A stretch of DNA of 64,000 bases from Diplonema japonicum (taxonomy: Eukaryota; Protista; Euglenozoa: Diplonemea), in assembly GCA_964019335.1 (NCBI GenBank), contig OZ025648.1, forward strand, positions 372,001 through 436,000, written 5' to 3'. Positions within the stretch are counted from its first letter, which is position 1. Each line of letters opens with the position of its first letter. Position numbers and translations under genes: made by a program. This document shows, piece after piece, positions 54,314 through 64,000 of this stretch. A model generated the notes under the pieces. It did not search any database. It was not told the origin of the DNA and saw only the letters and a program-made list of their open reading frames with translations.

Positions 54314-54830
54314 AAACTCAAAGTACAGGACAAGCCCCCCGCTAGAGGGTCGCCCTATGGGATATGGGGTCTATCTGTTAATACTCCCCTTTTGGAGCAT
54401 TGCTTTCATCCCGATCGAAAATGGGCCTCCTGGAGAAGCCAATAGCTGCCTTCAAACCATCGGGATGGACCCCGTGTCGTACCCCGCAGCTATTTTTGCG
54501 GCGCTGGGTGGATTGGGGATCCTACACGTGCCCTGTCACTATTCTTTGAGCCTGCCGTCGGGGTTTTCCCCTGTCAGTCATGGATCGCGTCTGCGCTAAG
54601 AACATCGGTTGCAATAAAAACTCGATAAAATTTCAGTGTGCATGGGGGTGCTCACTGTTCAGGTAGAAATTCACACTAATTGGTCACCGTTCTGCGGTTG
54701 CTGTCTGGTGCCTGCGGTGGCTGTTTGTCACGATGAGATGGACGGCGTCATAAAAAAAAAAAAAAAAAGCTAGAAAACAAACTCAAATTACAGGACAAGC
54801 ACTCTGCTAGCGCGCTAGAGCGCCGCCCTA
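54314..54830. repeat. Composite repeat unit bracketed by ~45-50-bp direct repeats (54314-54357, 54779-54830)
   Basis: AAACTCAAAxTACAGGACAAGC...GCTAGAGxGxCGCCCTA occurs twice; the interior contains the module shared with 25171-25234. Confidence 0.7.
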
Positions 54831-54839
54831 CAACAACAA

Positions 54840-54878
<39 letters not shown>

Positions 54879-54986
54879 AAAGCTGCCCTTCCCCGACTTT
54901 TCTTTTTTTGCCATTTACAAAAAAATAAAAAAAATAAAAATAAAAAAACTTCTATCAATTTTTATATTTTTTATCGTCATCCACGT

Positions 54987-57671
54987 TCACACAGACGGCG
55001 TCGTCGATGCAGGTGCGGGTACTTCTTTCCCAGCAGATTTCTGTGCGTCCGAAGATTTTCTGGAAGACGGCAACAAACCATCAGGCAGTTCTTTGTTAAG
55101 AGGTGCGACAAGGCTCGATTCTATACCCGGCAAAGGTAGAACCCCCTCATCCTTTTTATCTTTGTCAGACGAAGAAGAGGAAGACCGCCCAGACTGCACT
55201 TCGCTCAAACCACCATCGGGCGCAATGCTTCGATACTGATTGTATAAATCCTCGACAACCGACGCTTCTTCACAAAGCCGTTTCAAACTACCGAGCACGC
55301 CTTCTGGGTTCCTTGGTAGGTACACTTTACTGTCCAAGCCTTGCTCCGCAAAATAAACGTAAAACCCCGTTCCGTCCATGGCCAGCATGATCCGTTTCTT
55401 AGTGGAGAAGCGAACAGACGTTCCGGAAATCGAGTATTGAACAGCAGTGTTGATATTTTTACCAACTAACCCAAAGGAAACTGTTTTATGAGGGTGATAG
55501 ACAGGAGGGACATTACCAGGCACTACGTATTCTACATTATTTATGGATGTTGGTACAAAAGACCGGTGTCGAGATGGGGTGGTGTGTATGGTGTTGATAG
55601 CAGGGTGGACCGAGACGGATGGTTCCGGGCCGTCTCGTGTGTTCCACAGCCAGATTGATGAAGGGTTTGCAGCATGTTGATGCGGGCCCGACGAATGAAG
55701 CAGAACTTCGCCGTGTCTTGTCGCCACCACCCAGTGCATGTTTGACGACATTAATGTGAATTCACCATCGGTAGTGGCGTACACCGGAAGATTCTCCTCT
55801 ACCGCTGTCACCTTCACAAATCTTTTTCTATAGGTCAAACCCTTCTCTAAAAACCCGTGAACAGCGTATGATGATACATCGGTGCTCATGTTTTCCATGA
55901 CCATTGCTTCAAGCCACTTTAAATCACCCCGTGTGACCTGCATTGGGTATTTAACGTACAAACGGGCAAGAAGCTCTCTAGGCCCATCGCGTGTCCCATA
56001 ACATCGTTCCACCAGATCGTCGACAGCTTGCAGACCCCCGGGGTTTGTAAACAGATAGAACTGGCTCAGCAAGCTTTTGAACTGAGTCTTGTTGTTTGGT
56101 TTTACCTCCACTGAATTGTTTTTTTCGGAGGGAGCGGGGGATTCTTCGTTCGTGACGCCTTCTCCACGAGATAGTTTAAACGATCTTATCACCTCGTTCC
56201 TCGGGTCCGTTACGGTGTACGCACCATCACCCATGTCCTCTATCCTGAATTTGTCCAAGACAGAATCGATAGGTTTGTTGTACCTCCCGCGGAGGGGTAC
56301 TGATTCTTTATCAAGAATCGGTAAGTTGAAAGACCCTCCTTTGTGCGGTTCCAGGTATCTGAAATGGTTCAGAACATGCGAGGGTTCGAAATCGTCCAAC
56401 ATAACCAAATGAACCGGGAGCAAATCGTGGAATCCGTGCGTGGGGCCGAAATCCACTGTAACCAGGCTTTCATTGAAACTGTGAATACGGCCTGTCAAAC
56501 CGAGTAAAGAGAACGGGGCAAGCTGTGAGGTACGGACGTCGTTAAAATCGGAGTGAGCGACGATTTCAAGATTCTCGGGGGGGATGAAGAATGTCTTCCA
56601 AGCATGCGGGAATTGAACCGCGATTTTGTTTTCGTTTGAAAACTCACCGAAACCCGCCATTTCTCCTCTTGTGCCGTCTTGCTGGTAGGGAAAACCTTTG
56701 CAGATAACAACAGGCTTGATGCCTCTCCTTACCGACGTTTCTTCAGGTTCGAATACCGTCCGAGCTTCTGTGTCCTTCGGAGCAAATGTCAAAGCTACCT
56801 TTTCAGAGCTTGCTGATAAATTTCTTTGTATGTCGGAGAATGTGCTCACCTCGCCACCGTTCACGTGGGTGATATCACGGTTTGTGTAATCTCTCGCAGG
56901 GCTGTCGTTTCCGGCCGATATTACCTTCATGTCTTCAATCATTAAACCGTACGCCTCCTCCGGTTTCTTAACCAACGTGATGGTGGTGGAACCGTTCGCC
57001 TCGTGCGGGTCGACCTCGTTCTTTAAAAGCGGGTGGCCTTGTTCTGTCACGGCAGGTGGTTCATCGGTAGTTGCCTTGTTTCCAAGCATGCTGCGGTACA
57101 ATGCAAAACACGCTTCCAGCACCATGTGAAATACCATTGTGAGCAGTGTGATTACTAATATCCGTTGTTCCTGCCATTTTTCGTTCCAGTTAGTCGTGTT
57201 AATGATAACGATGAAGCAGCAAAGAAAGTAATAAAAGACAACCCATGCCATGCACAGACGCAAGTACTTTGACCGACGTAAGCGTAGAATAGTTGTGGTG
57301 GTGAACATGGCGAGGAAAGAGGCGAGAACAGCGCCTAGCAGGCATTCCAGAGTGGAGTCTGTGTTAGACCATGTTGACGACGCTGAGGATTTTGCGTTGC
57401 CCCACATTAGACCTGATGTTAAGAACGCGCTGCCCGGGACTGACAGAAGGGAAAGCAAGCCGATTACTCTCCACGTGCTTTGTCCCGTTATTCCCATCAT
57501 CCATGTGCTGGACCTTTGTTCTTCATCGAGATCTGGATCGGTGCGGAACAGTTCGCCTTCTTCCATGTACGCAAAGCAGAAACCAACACTTACCGCCACA
57601 GCCCATACTCCTGTGGTTACCCCAACTGCCAAACAGGCAAAGCAGGAAACCCCGGATACTAGGTCGGTCAT
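54987..57671 (-). CDS. Multi-pass membrane protein with PDZ-like and SH3-like cytoplasmic domains
   Basis: 894-aa ORF with about 5 N-terminal hydrophobic segments and PDZ-like ITLVKKPEEAYGL...SPA...ITHVNG. Confidence 0.75.
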   Translation of the reverse strand: MTDLVSGVSCFACLAVGVTTGVWAVAVSVGFCFAYMEEGELFRTDPDLDEEQRSSTWMMGITGQSTWRVIGLLSLLSVPGSAFLTSGLMWGNAKSSASSTWSNTDSTLECLLGAVLASFLAMFTTTTILRLRRSKYLRLCMAWVVFYYFLCCFIVIINTTNWNEKWQEQRILVITLLTMVFHMVLEACFALYRSMLGNKATTDEPPAVTEQGHPLLKNEVDPHEANGSTTITLVKKPEEAYGLMIEDMKVISAGNDSPARDYTNRDITHVNGGEVSTFSDIQRNLSASSEKVALTFAPKDTEARTVFEPEETSVRRGIKPVVICKGFPYQQDGTRGEMAGFGEFSNENKIAVQFPHAWKTFFIPPENLEIVAHSDFNDVRTSQLAPFSLLGLTGRIHSFNESLVTVDFGPTHGFHDLLPVHLVMLDDFEPSHVLNHFRYLEPHKGGSFNLPILDKESVPLRGRYNKPIDSVLDKFRIEDMGDGAYTVTDPRNEVIRSFKLSRGEGVTNEESPAPSEKNNSVEVKPNNKTQFKSLLSQFYLFTNPGGLQAVDDLVERCYGTRDGPRELLARLYVKYPMQVTRGDLKWLEAMVMENMSTDVSSYAVHGFLEKGLTYRKRFVKVTAVEENLPVYATTDGEFTLMSSNMHWVVATRHGEVLLHSSGPHQHAANPSSIWLWNTRDGPEPSVSVHPAINTIHTTPSRHRSFVPTSINNVEYVVPGNVPPVYHPHKTVSFGLVGKNINTAVQYSISGTSVRFSTKKRIMLAMDGTGFYVYFAEQGLDSKVYLPRNPEGVLGSLKRLCEEASVVEDLYNQYRSIAPDGGLSEVQSGRSSSSSSDKDKKDEGVLPLPGIESSLVAPLNKELPDGLLPSSRKSSDAQKSAGKEVPAPASTTPSV

Positions 57672-59823
57672 TGTTTCATTTTTTTTTTTTTTTTTTTTCC
57701 TTCCCGCGCTGTTGTGTGTCGCTGTGATACGTGCGGAAGTTGTTTAAATTTAAAAAAAAAAAAAAAAAAGAGAGAGAAAGAACAAAAAAAAAAATGAAAG
57801 AAGCAAATGACATTTATAACCTGGAAGTGAAGAGTAAAAGAGAGAGTGGAGGGGGGTGGGTAAATCGTTTTTTTTTGTTCTTCTTTTATTTAATTTTGTT
57901 TTCTTTCTTTCTGCTGTTTCATTCTGCTTAGTCGTTTTTTTTCTTTTTTTTTTCTTTTTTTTTTTTAAGTCTCGGAATATATATAAAATCGAAAGTTAAC
58001 AGCTATGTGCTTTCTTTCTTCTTTTTTTTTCGCTTTTTTTTTCCCTTCTGTTTCTTAATTAAAGACCGCAAAGCGCAGCACTTTTCCCTTAAGAAACATG
58101 TGAATTAAAGCTTCTGGTGTTCTCTGCCAGTGAAACGCACAACTATAAAAAAAACTTTAAAAAATAAATAGAAGTAGCAAGAAACCCAGTGGGATAGATG
58201 GGCTGGTTTTTTTTTTTTTTTTTTTTTCAAGTAAAGGGGCTTCTTCTTTTTTTTTTTTTCCCCCTTCCCTTCCCGAGGGAAGAAAGAAGGTTTGGTGCTG
58301 GAAAATAAATATAAAAAGAGAATTTTTTTCTTCCTATGTGAACCTGGGGGGGGGGGGGGGGGGCAGGAACACTTGGCCAGGGCTTTTTTTTTTTCTTTGG
58401 GAAAAAAAAAAGAGGGCAAGTTTGGAAAATTATTTAAAGTTTTATTTTTCTTTAGTAAAATTTACAAAAAAAAAAAAAAAAAAAATACGCATAATTAAAA
58501 AATATCAACATGCATTTGTTAACGAATATGGTGGAAAGAAAAAGGGGGTAAAAAAAAGAGAGGGAAAAAAAAAGAAGAAAGTTACTACACACGCAAGAGG
58601 AAAAGTTCCACTAGGCTTCGTAAACAAACTCTTTTTTTTTCTCCTTTTTTTTTACTTTTCACATGTAGCTATTTTTTTTCTTTATATTTTCTTTTCGCAC
58701 CAAGATTTCTCGTTGCTGTATTTTGGCATTTGATACAAAAAAATTCCTCACTTGTCGTCAAATCTCCAGGTTATCATCAGTTCTTCTTTCTTTTTTTTTT
58801 TTTTTTTTTAAGTTCTAACAGTGAACAGGGGGAAAGGGAGAGAAAACAAAAAAGAAAACGGGAAAGGGAAAAGGAGGCGGGAAAGAAAGGTGAAAGGCCG
58901 CCAAATGCGCCCTGCAAAGGAAGGTGAGAAAACAAAAAAAAAAAAAAAAAAAAGGGAGAAAAGAACAAAAAGGTTAGATTTTTAGGGGCGTGGGCAAATC
59001 AAGGAAAAAGAAAGTAAGGAAAAAAGGAAATAATAAAAAAAGGGGTTTTTTGTTATACTATGCTATGTCCTAATAATAGGTCATGCTTTGGGGGGGGGTT
59101 TTTTTTAATTTCTTTTCCTAGAATAAAAAAAAAATCATAAGTTTCCTAGTTTTGGTTTTGCCTTGTACAGTGGGGAGGGGAAAGCAATGCCTCAAAAAAA
59201 AAATCGAGACACACGCAAAAAAAAAAAAAGGGAAAAAAAAAAACAGTTGAAGAAATCTTTTTTCTTTTTTTTTTCTCCCCGTTTTAGAGTTTTTTTTTCT
59301 CCTTAAAGAAAATACGGGGTTTGGCGTTTTGGGCGCAAAAAAAAAAAAAAAGAGAGAGGTGAAGCATTAGTAATTTTTTAAAAAAAAAAGAAAAAAGAAA
59401 AAAAAAGGCTGGCTTTGAATGATTCTTTTGATAATTAATAAGAAGTGAACAAATAAAATAAAAGAATTGATTTTGTTTTTGACTTCAAGGTGCCACAAGC
59501 CAAACGGTGCTCAGTTATACCACATACACCATGAAGAAACAATGGCGCGACGGGAGTACTTGTCGCCGAATGACGATAGGGGCGAGCTTCTTACCTGTGT
59601 GCAGTCACCTCAGACATGGTGGCCTGGCCCCTTTCCTCGCTGGAGGAAGGAGGCATCATGAAACGATTAGTAAAAAGGGGAGGTGTCGTGACCCACCTTG
59701 ACCGGCCTAAGGTCTTACTGCCCCGTTGGGAAATAAAAAAAAAAAAAATTGTTGATTGCAACTCCATTTTGTAGTGTTCTTCCCTTGGTGCTTTCACACC
59801 AGGAAGATGCCAGAATAGTTTCT

Positions 59824-59870
<47 letters not shown>

Positions 59871-60573
59871 CTCTCTTCCTCTCTCGGCGGACTTGCATTT
59901 TGTAGTGCTTCCCTTGGTGCTTGAACGCACCAGGATGATTTTAAAAATACTAATGCCCTGCCCTTTATTCTTTTTATTATTATTATTTTCTTTTATTTTC
60001 TTTTTCCCTCTTTTGGTTGGGGTGTGCACACGCCGTAGATTTGCTGTTACACAATACAGATGTCTGGGGAAGACTCAGTCATCCTCTTCTTTTTTTTGTA
60101 GTATTTTCTTTTACCCTTCTTCAATCTTCATGAAAAGAGGGGGACAAAATACTACATAAAAAAAAAAAGAAGATGAAAACACATCGAGAAAAAGCCAAAG
60201 AAAAAGAGAAAAAAAAAAATGATGTAGCTAAAAGAAGTACACAAGAACAAATAACTTTTTTTTTTGTTGTTTAAATTTTTTAGAATAAAAATCAGTTGAT
60301 AAGAAGGGGAGAAGGAGATGCTTGCCAGTTCTCTTCTTTTTTTTTTTTGTTTTATTTTTTTTAAATTTGCTTCCACCCTAAAGTTGTCTCTCCTTTCAAG
60401 AGAGCAAGAAAGCCATCACTTAATCTTTTTTTAAAAAAAAAATCTTCTGTTTTCGTTGTATTTTCCCCCCCATCTCCCTCTTTTTTTTTTTCTTCTTTCT
60501 TTCCGAAAAGGGGCGAACTTCGCCTCGCAACTACAGAAAGAAAGCTAACGGGGGAAATGCAAAAAAAAAAAAG

Positions 60574-60604
<31 letters not shown>

Positions 60605-60605
<1 letters not shown>

Positions 60606-60814
60606 CAGACGCTCTCCTCCGCATCATCGTTCACAGGCTCATTCCTGCTTTTGTTGTTTTGTGCCATTTTCTTCTTCCTAATGTCTTGCTCCTGCTTTAC
60701 TGCATGGAACTCACCTGTCTTGCAGGCCCAAGCAATGATCCCAAGAGCAATAAAAAACAATAAGACGGCAATTGAGATAACAATCACGAAGGTGTTTCTG
60801 GCCACGTCGGACAT
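60605..60814 (-). CDS. Small single-pass membrane protein (69 aa)
   Basis: TM FVIVISIAVLLFFIALGIIAW, hydrophilic tail, A26 leader before the ATG, same strand as the cluster. Confidence 0.65.
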
Positions 60815-61009
60815 TTTTTTTTTTTTTTTTTTTTTTTTTTCGAGGGGAAAAAAAAGGCTAAGAGTAAACCTGTGTTTATTATTATTATTATTATTATTAT
60901 TATTTTTTTTTTGTCATGAGAAACATGAACAGCAAATAAATCAATAATAAAAAATAAAAATAAAAATAAAAAAACCTACAACTATAACAATACAAAATAA
61001 AAAAAAATA

Positions 61010-61418
61010 CTAAACAGATAGAGGTCCACTCCTCCTACCACCCCGACCTCGCGGGGGGCGTGTTTTCTTTGGGCTGTTCGAATGCAGGGAATACGGAGAC
61101 ACTGCTATGTCCCCTGACAATGGCTTGGCCTCAAACAACACAACTTCCTCTGGCTGCGTGTGCACTGGTGTGTCTGGGAAGGTGCCTGCGACCAAAGACA
61201 CAGTCTTTTCCTCAATTTCCAACTTGCTCTTTTTCGTCTTCTTGTTGCGGAGAAGCATCAGCACCGCGAAACCACAGCACAGCACCCCACATACAATTAA
61301 AACGGCAACCCACCACTGGCTGTTGCTGCTTGACGACCCTTGCGTGTCCCCTTCGTCCGTGTTGTTCCCGGCGCTTTGCTGGGTGGTCGGTGTCGGTGTT
61401 CTGCGTTACATTTGAGGG

Positions 61419-61451
<33 letters not shown>

Positions 61452-64000
61452 ATACGCGACAACAGGCGGAACTGTGACGGGCCCCACAGGAGGTGTGGGG
61501 ACAGGTGTTGCAACCTGGTTTCCGGGCGGTGGTGTTGCCGGTGTTTGACCGTTCAGGACACAGTTGGGCCAGCCGGAGTACTGGTTCGCACATTGTTGGC
61601 AGGAGATGCCCGCCCATCCGACAAAGCAGTCGCACTGACACCCGTCTACCGTCTGCGTCGCAGAGAAGGCGTTCCCTGTACAGTGCGCAGTCACGTTGCA
61701 CAACAGGCTCGACTGCGGTGTCGGCGTCAGCGGCACCGACACAACAGACGGCTCCAGCATCGTGTTGACCGCATGCACAATACCATTTGTGGCATACTGG
61801 TCCAACACTGTCGTGTCCAGCCACGGTGTGGACAGCTCCGATGGGATCCCGCCCCTTGCGATTGTAAGCGGGTTGTCCAGTGTCTGCAGGCTCGCGCCAT
61901 TGAACACCTCAGAGCTGTTCAGGTACATCGGTGTGATATGATAGCGCAGGATACGGCGCAGCCTTGTAAGGTCTGCCAGTAAGCCGTCGATGCCCCCCTT
62001 TGCCGTCACAGCTTCGTTCGTGGGTGCGAACACTGTGTAGGGCCCTGCGTACCCCAGTACTTGCATCACGTTGGCTCGCGACAGTAAAGTTGCGAACGCA
62101 GAGAACTTCGCGATCCCTTGCAACGTCTTAACCACATCAAGCTTCGGGAGCCCTGCCGAGTCGGGCAGCAGTACCGCCGACACAGCATGCGCCACTCCAT
62201 TGGAGGCCCTGAGGTCGGGGATGGTGACTGTCGACGTGGTGTCAATAGATGTAACGCCACCGTTGACCTGCGCAGAGAGGTACTCGCCCTGGAGGGGGAT
62301 CAGAGGGCTGTTGGCGGGGAGCTCCACAGCAGGTATCGCGACCTGCCGATGAGGTGTGTACACGATGTGGTGCTTCAAGACTGCTTCCAGTACTACAAGC
62401 CTCCTGGGAAGCAGCTCCCTTATTCCGGACGGCAGCCCGCTGAACGCCGTGTTTGTAGGCACGAACACTGTGTAGGGCCCGTAGTTCCCCATTGTGTCCA
62501 GCAGCCCGACAGCCTGCATGTACCGCGCCATCGTCGAAAGCCTGCCGTGCGTGCTGATAGTGCCACACAAGGTAGTCCTCCCGCACTGCGGGGGAATGGT
62601 GGGGAGGGGAGGTGCACCGCTAATGGTGTTGGGGATGAAGAGGTCGGACACCACATGCACAACGCCGTTTGTCGCAGACAGGTCCCTCTCCACAGTGAGC
62701 TTCGCGTTGTCGACGATGATGTTGTCCCCGTTCAGTGTGGGCAGCACGGGGTTCGTGAGGAGGTCGGCAGAGGGCACCCTGCTGCCTACTATGATGTGAT
62801 GCCGGAGCAGGATGCCCAGCTCGCTGGGCGACAGCGTGTGCAGGTACGCCGACCTGACCATGAGGGCGTTGTTGCTGGGCGCTAAGACCGTGAAAGGCCC
62901 AAGCCCGTTCAAAGTGGCCAGGATACCATGCGACTGCAAAAGGATGTAGAAGTCACGTGTGCTAGGCTCCCTCGAAAGCACAAAGCACACTGTCTGGCCG
63001 CTGCACGCCCCCTGCTGCGGTGTCGAAGGGGGCACAGGCGCCATCGACGGGAACAGCACTGCGTCTATGACATGCAGCATACCGTTTCTCGCCTGCAAGT
63101 TCCCGTACTGTATCCTCGCAACGTTGTTGACAGTAATCTGCACACCCAACTGCGTAAAGTGCAGCCTGTCCTGCTGGTACGACGTCACAGGGCTTGACGC
63201 GACGAGCCCCGTTGTGGACAACACTTGGTTCTGAATGATGTGGTTGCGCAGCACTGTAAGCAGCTGCCCCGTTTGCAGCCCTCTCAGCGAAGCCGCAGCA
63301 AGCCCAGCATTGGACACGGCGAGAAGCGTGCACACACTCTGCACGACTCCTGAGAGCCCCTCGCTTGTGATCATCAACCGAAACTCCGACAGTTCAGGGC
63401 GTCCTTGCAGCAGGTCCATCATGGGGGGATACCCAGGGGCGATGTCAGGTGAGCCCACCACCGTTGGACCATATGTGAAGGTCGGAGGAGGCACGGGCCA
63501 CGGCGTCCCAGTGTACCACCTGTTTGTCGGGACGGGTGCTGGGAAAGGGTTGCCAGGGTTCCAAGTGGGGAAAGGCGGGTTCGGAACGACACCTGGCGTG
63601 GGAGTGATAGGCGGTGGTGTCCTGAAGAACGTGACACCCGGCGGCGCCAGTACAACATCGATGCCGTAGGCGATCCCATTGCTTGCGAACATGGCACTGG
63701 TTGTGACACGTGCCATGCTGTTTAAGAGCCCGTTTCTGTATGTGATCCTGCTGGGTGTGTCGACCGTGTCGATCAGACCAACACCGCCTATGTTCGAGCG
63801 CCTGCCTGGTGCGATGTGATAGCGCACCGTTCTCGTTAGTTCGGGGAGGTTGTTAACCATATTCTGCACACGCAGCCCCTGGTTGAGGAAAGCAGCATCA
63901 GTAGGTGCGAGGACAGTCCAGTCACCACCCGTCTTGAGGACCCTGTCCATGCCTGTGTGGATCAAGGCGGAGATGAAGGAACCATAACCACCGACGCGCA
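61010..64000 (-). CDS. Multi-fasciclin (FAS1) cell-surface protein with EGF-like domain and TM; 5' end outside window; intron 61401-61455
   Basis: Five FAS1-like units (e.g. TVLAPTDAAF..YHI..ASNGIAYGIDVVL) and CQCDCFVGWAGISC; splicing gives VA|TPTPTT...WWVAVLIVCGVLCCGFAVLML as the TM. Confidence 0.9.

Noticed and set aside
54361-54478. Three-way junction as a hammerhead ribozyme
   Set aside because: The CUGANGA and GAAA core elements are not in the required positions on either strand.
59590-59650. CTTACCTG as a U1 snRNA 5' end, or TCCTCGCTGG as an HDV-like ribozyme loop
   Set aside because: No U1 loop-I motif or Sm site in place; P1/P3 pairings of the HDV or Pr77 fold cannot be built.
15628-61455. 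Introns as an introner (mobile intron) family
   Set aside because: They share no sequence beyond splice sites and homopolymers, and show no TIRs or target duplications.
1772-63669. Plus-strand ORFs (e.g. 1772-2665, 8178-9173, 22055-23182, 49545-50375)
   Set aside because: Antisense shadows of real minus-strand genes with no recognisable motifs.
1-64000. Stop-codon reassignment or programmed frameshifting
   Set aside because: Every interruption of a conserved protein is explained by a GT(GC)..AG intron; no in-frame stops inside conserved exons.

Overview
Eukaryotic nuclear DNA, most likely a euglenozoan and probably a diplonemid. This assignment is an inference from gene architecture and protein style, not from a database match. 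I can support 24 protein-coding genes, all on the minus strand, some separated by only 67-79 bp, in homopolymer-dominated spacer DNA. Recognisable genes are ECH1, NAGLU/GH89, VPS26, a Tpr/Mlp-like coiled-coil protein, a NEK kinase, an ankyrin-JmjC protein, bystin, DNAAF3, a myosin and a multi-FAS1 membrane protein, plus several lineage-specific proteins. Reading the gene models by hand gives 28 putative spliceosomal introns in 9 genes, which the ORF track hides. They are tiny (33-100 nt, except one expanded by a transposon), 15 of 28 have a GTATG donor, and about 11 carry a poly(A)/purine run where a polypyrimidine tract is expected. They sit almost entirely in the 3' part of their genes. This cis-intron system, embedded in an apparently polycistronic, probably trans-spliced cluster, is the strongest candidate for novel biology. 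Also present are a 1.08-kb pogo/Tc2-like DNA transposon derivative inside a myosin intron, a dispersed modular repeat family, and a few structured non-coding islands. All splice models are predictions, and homopolymer lengths may be affected by assembly error.
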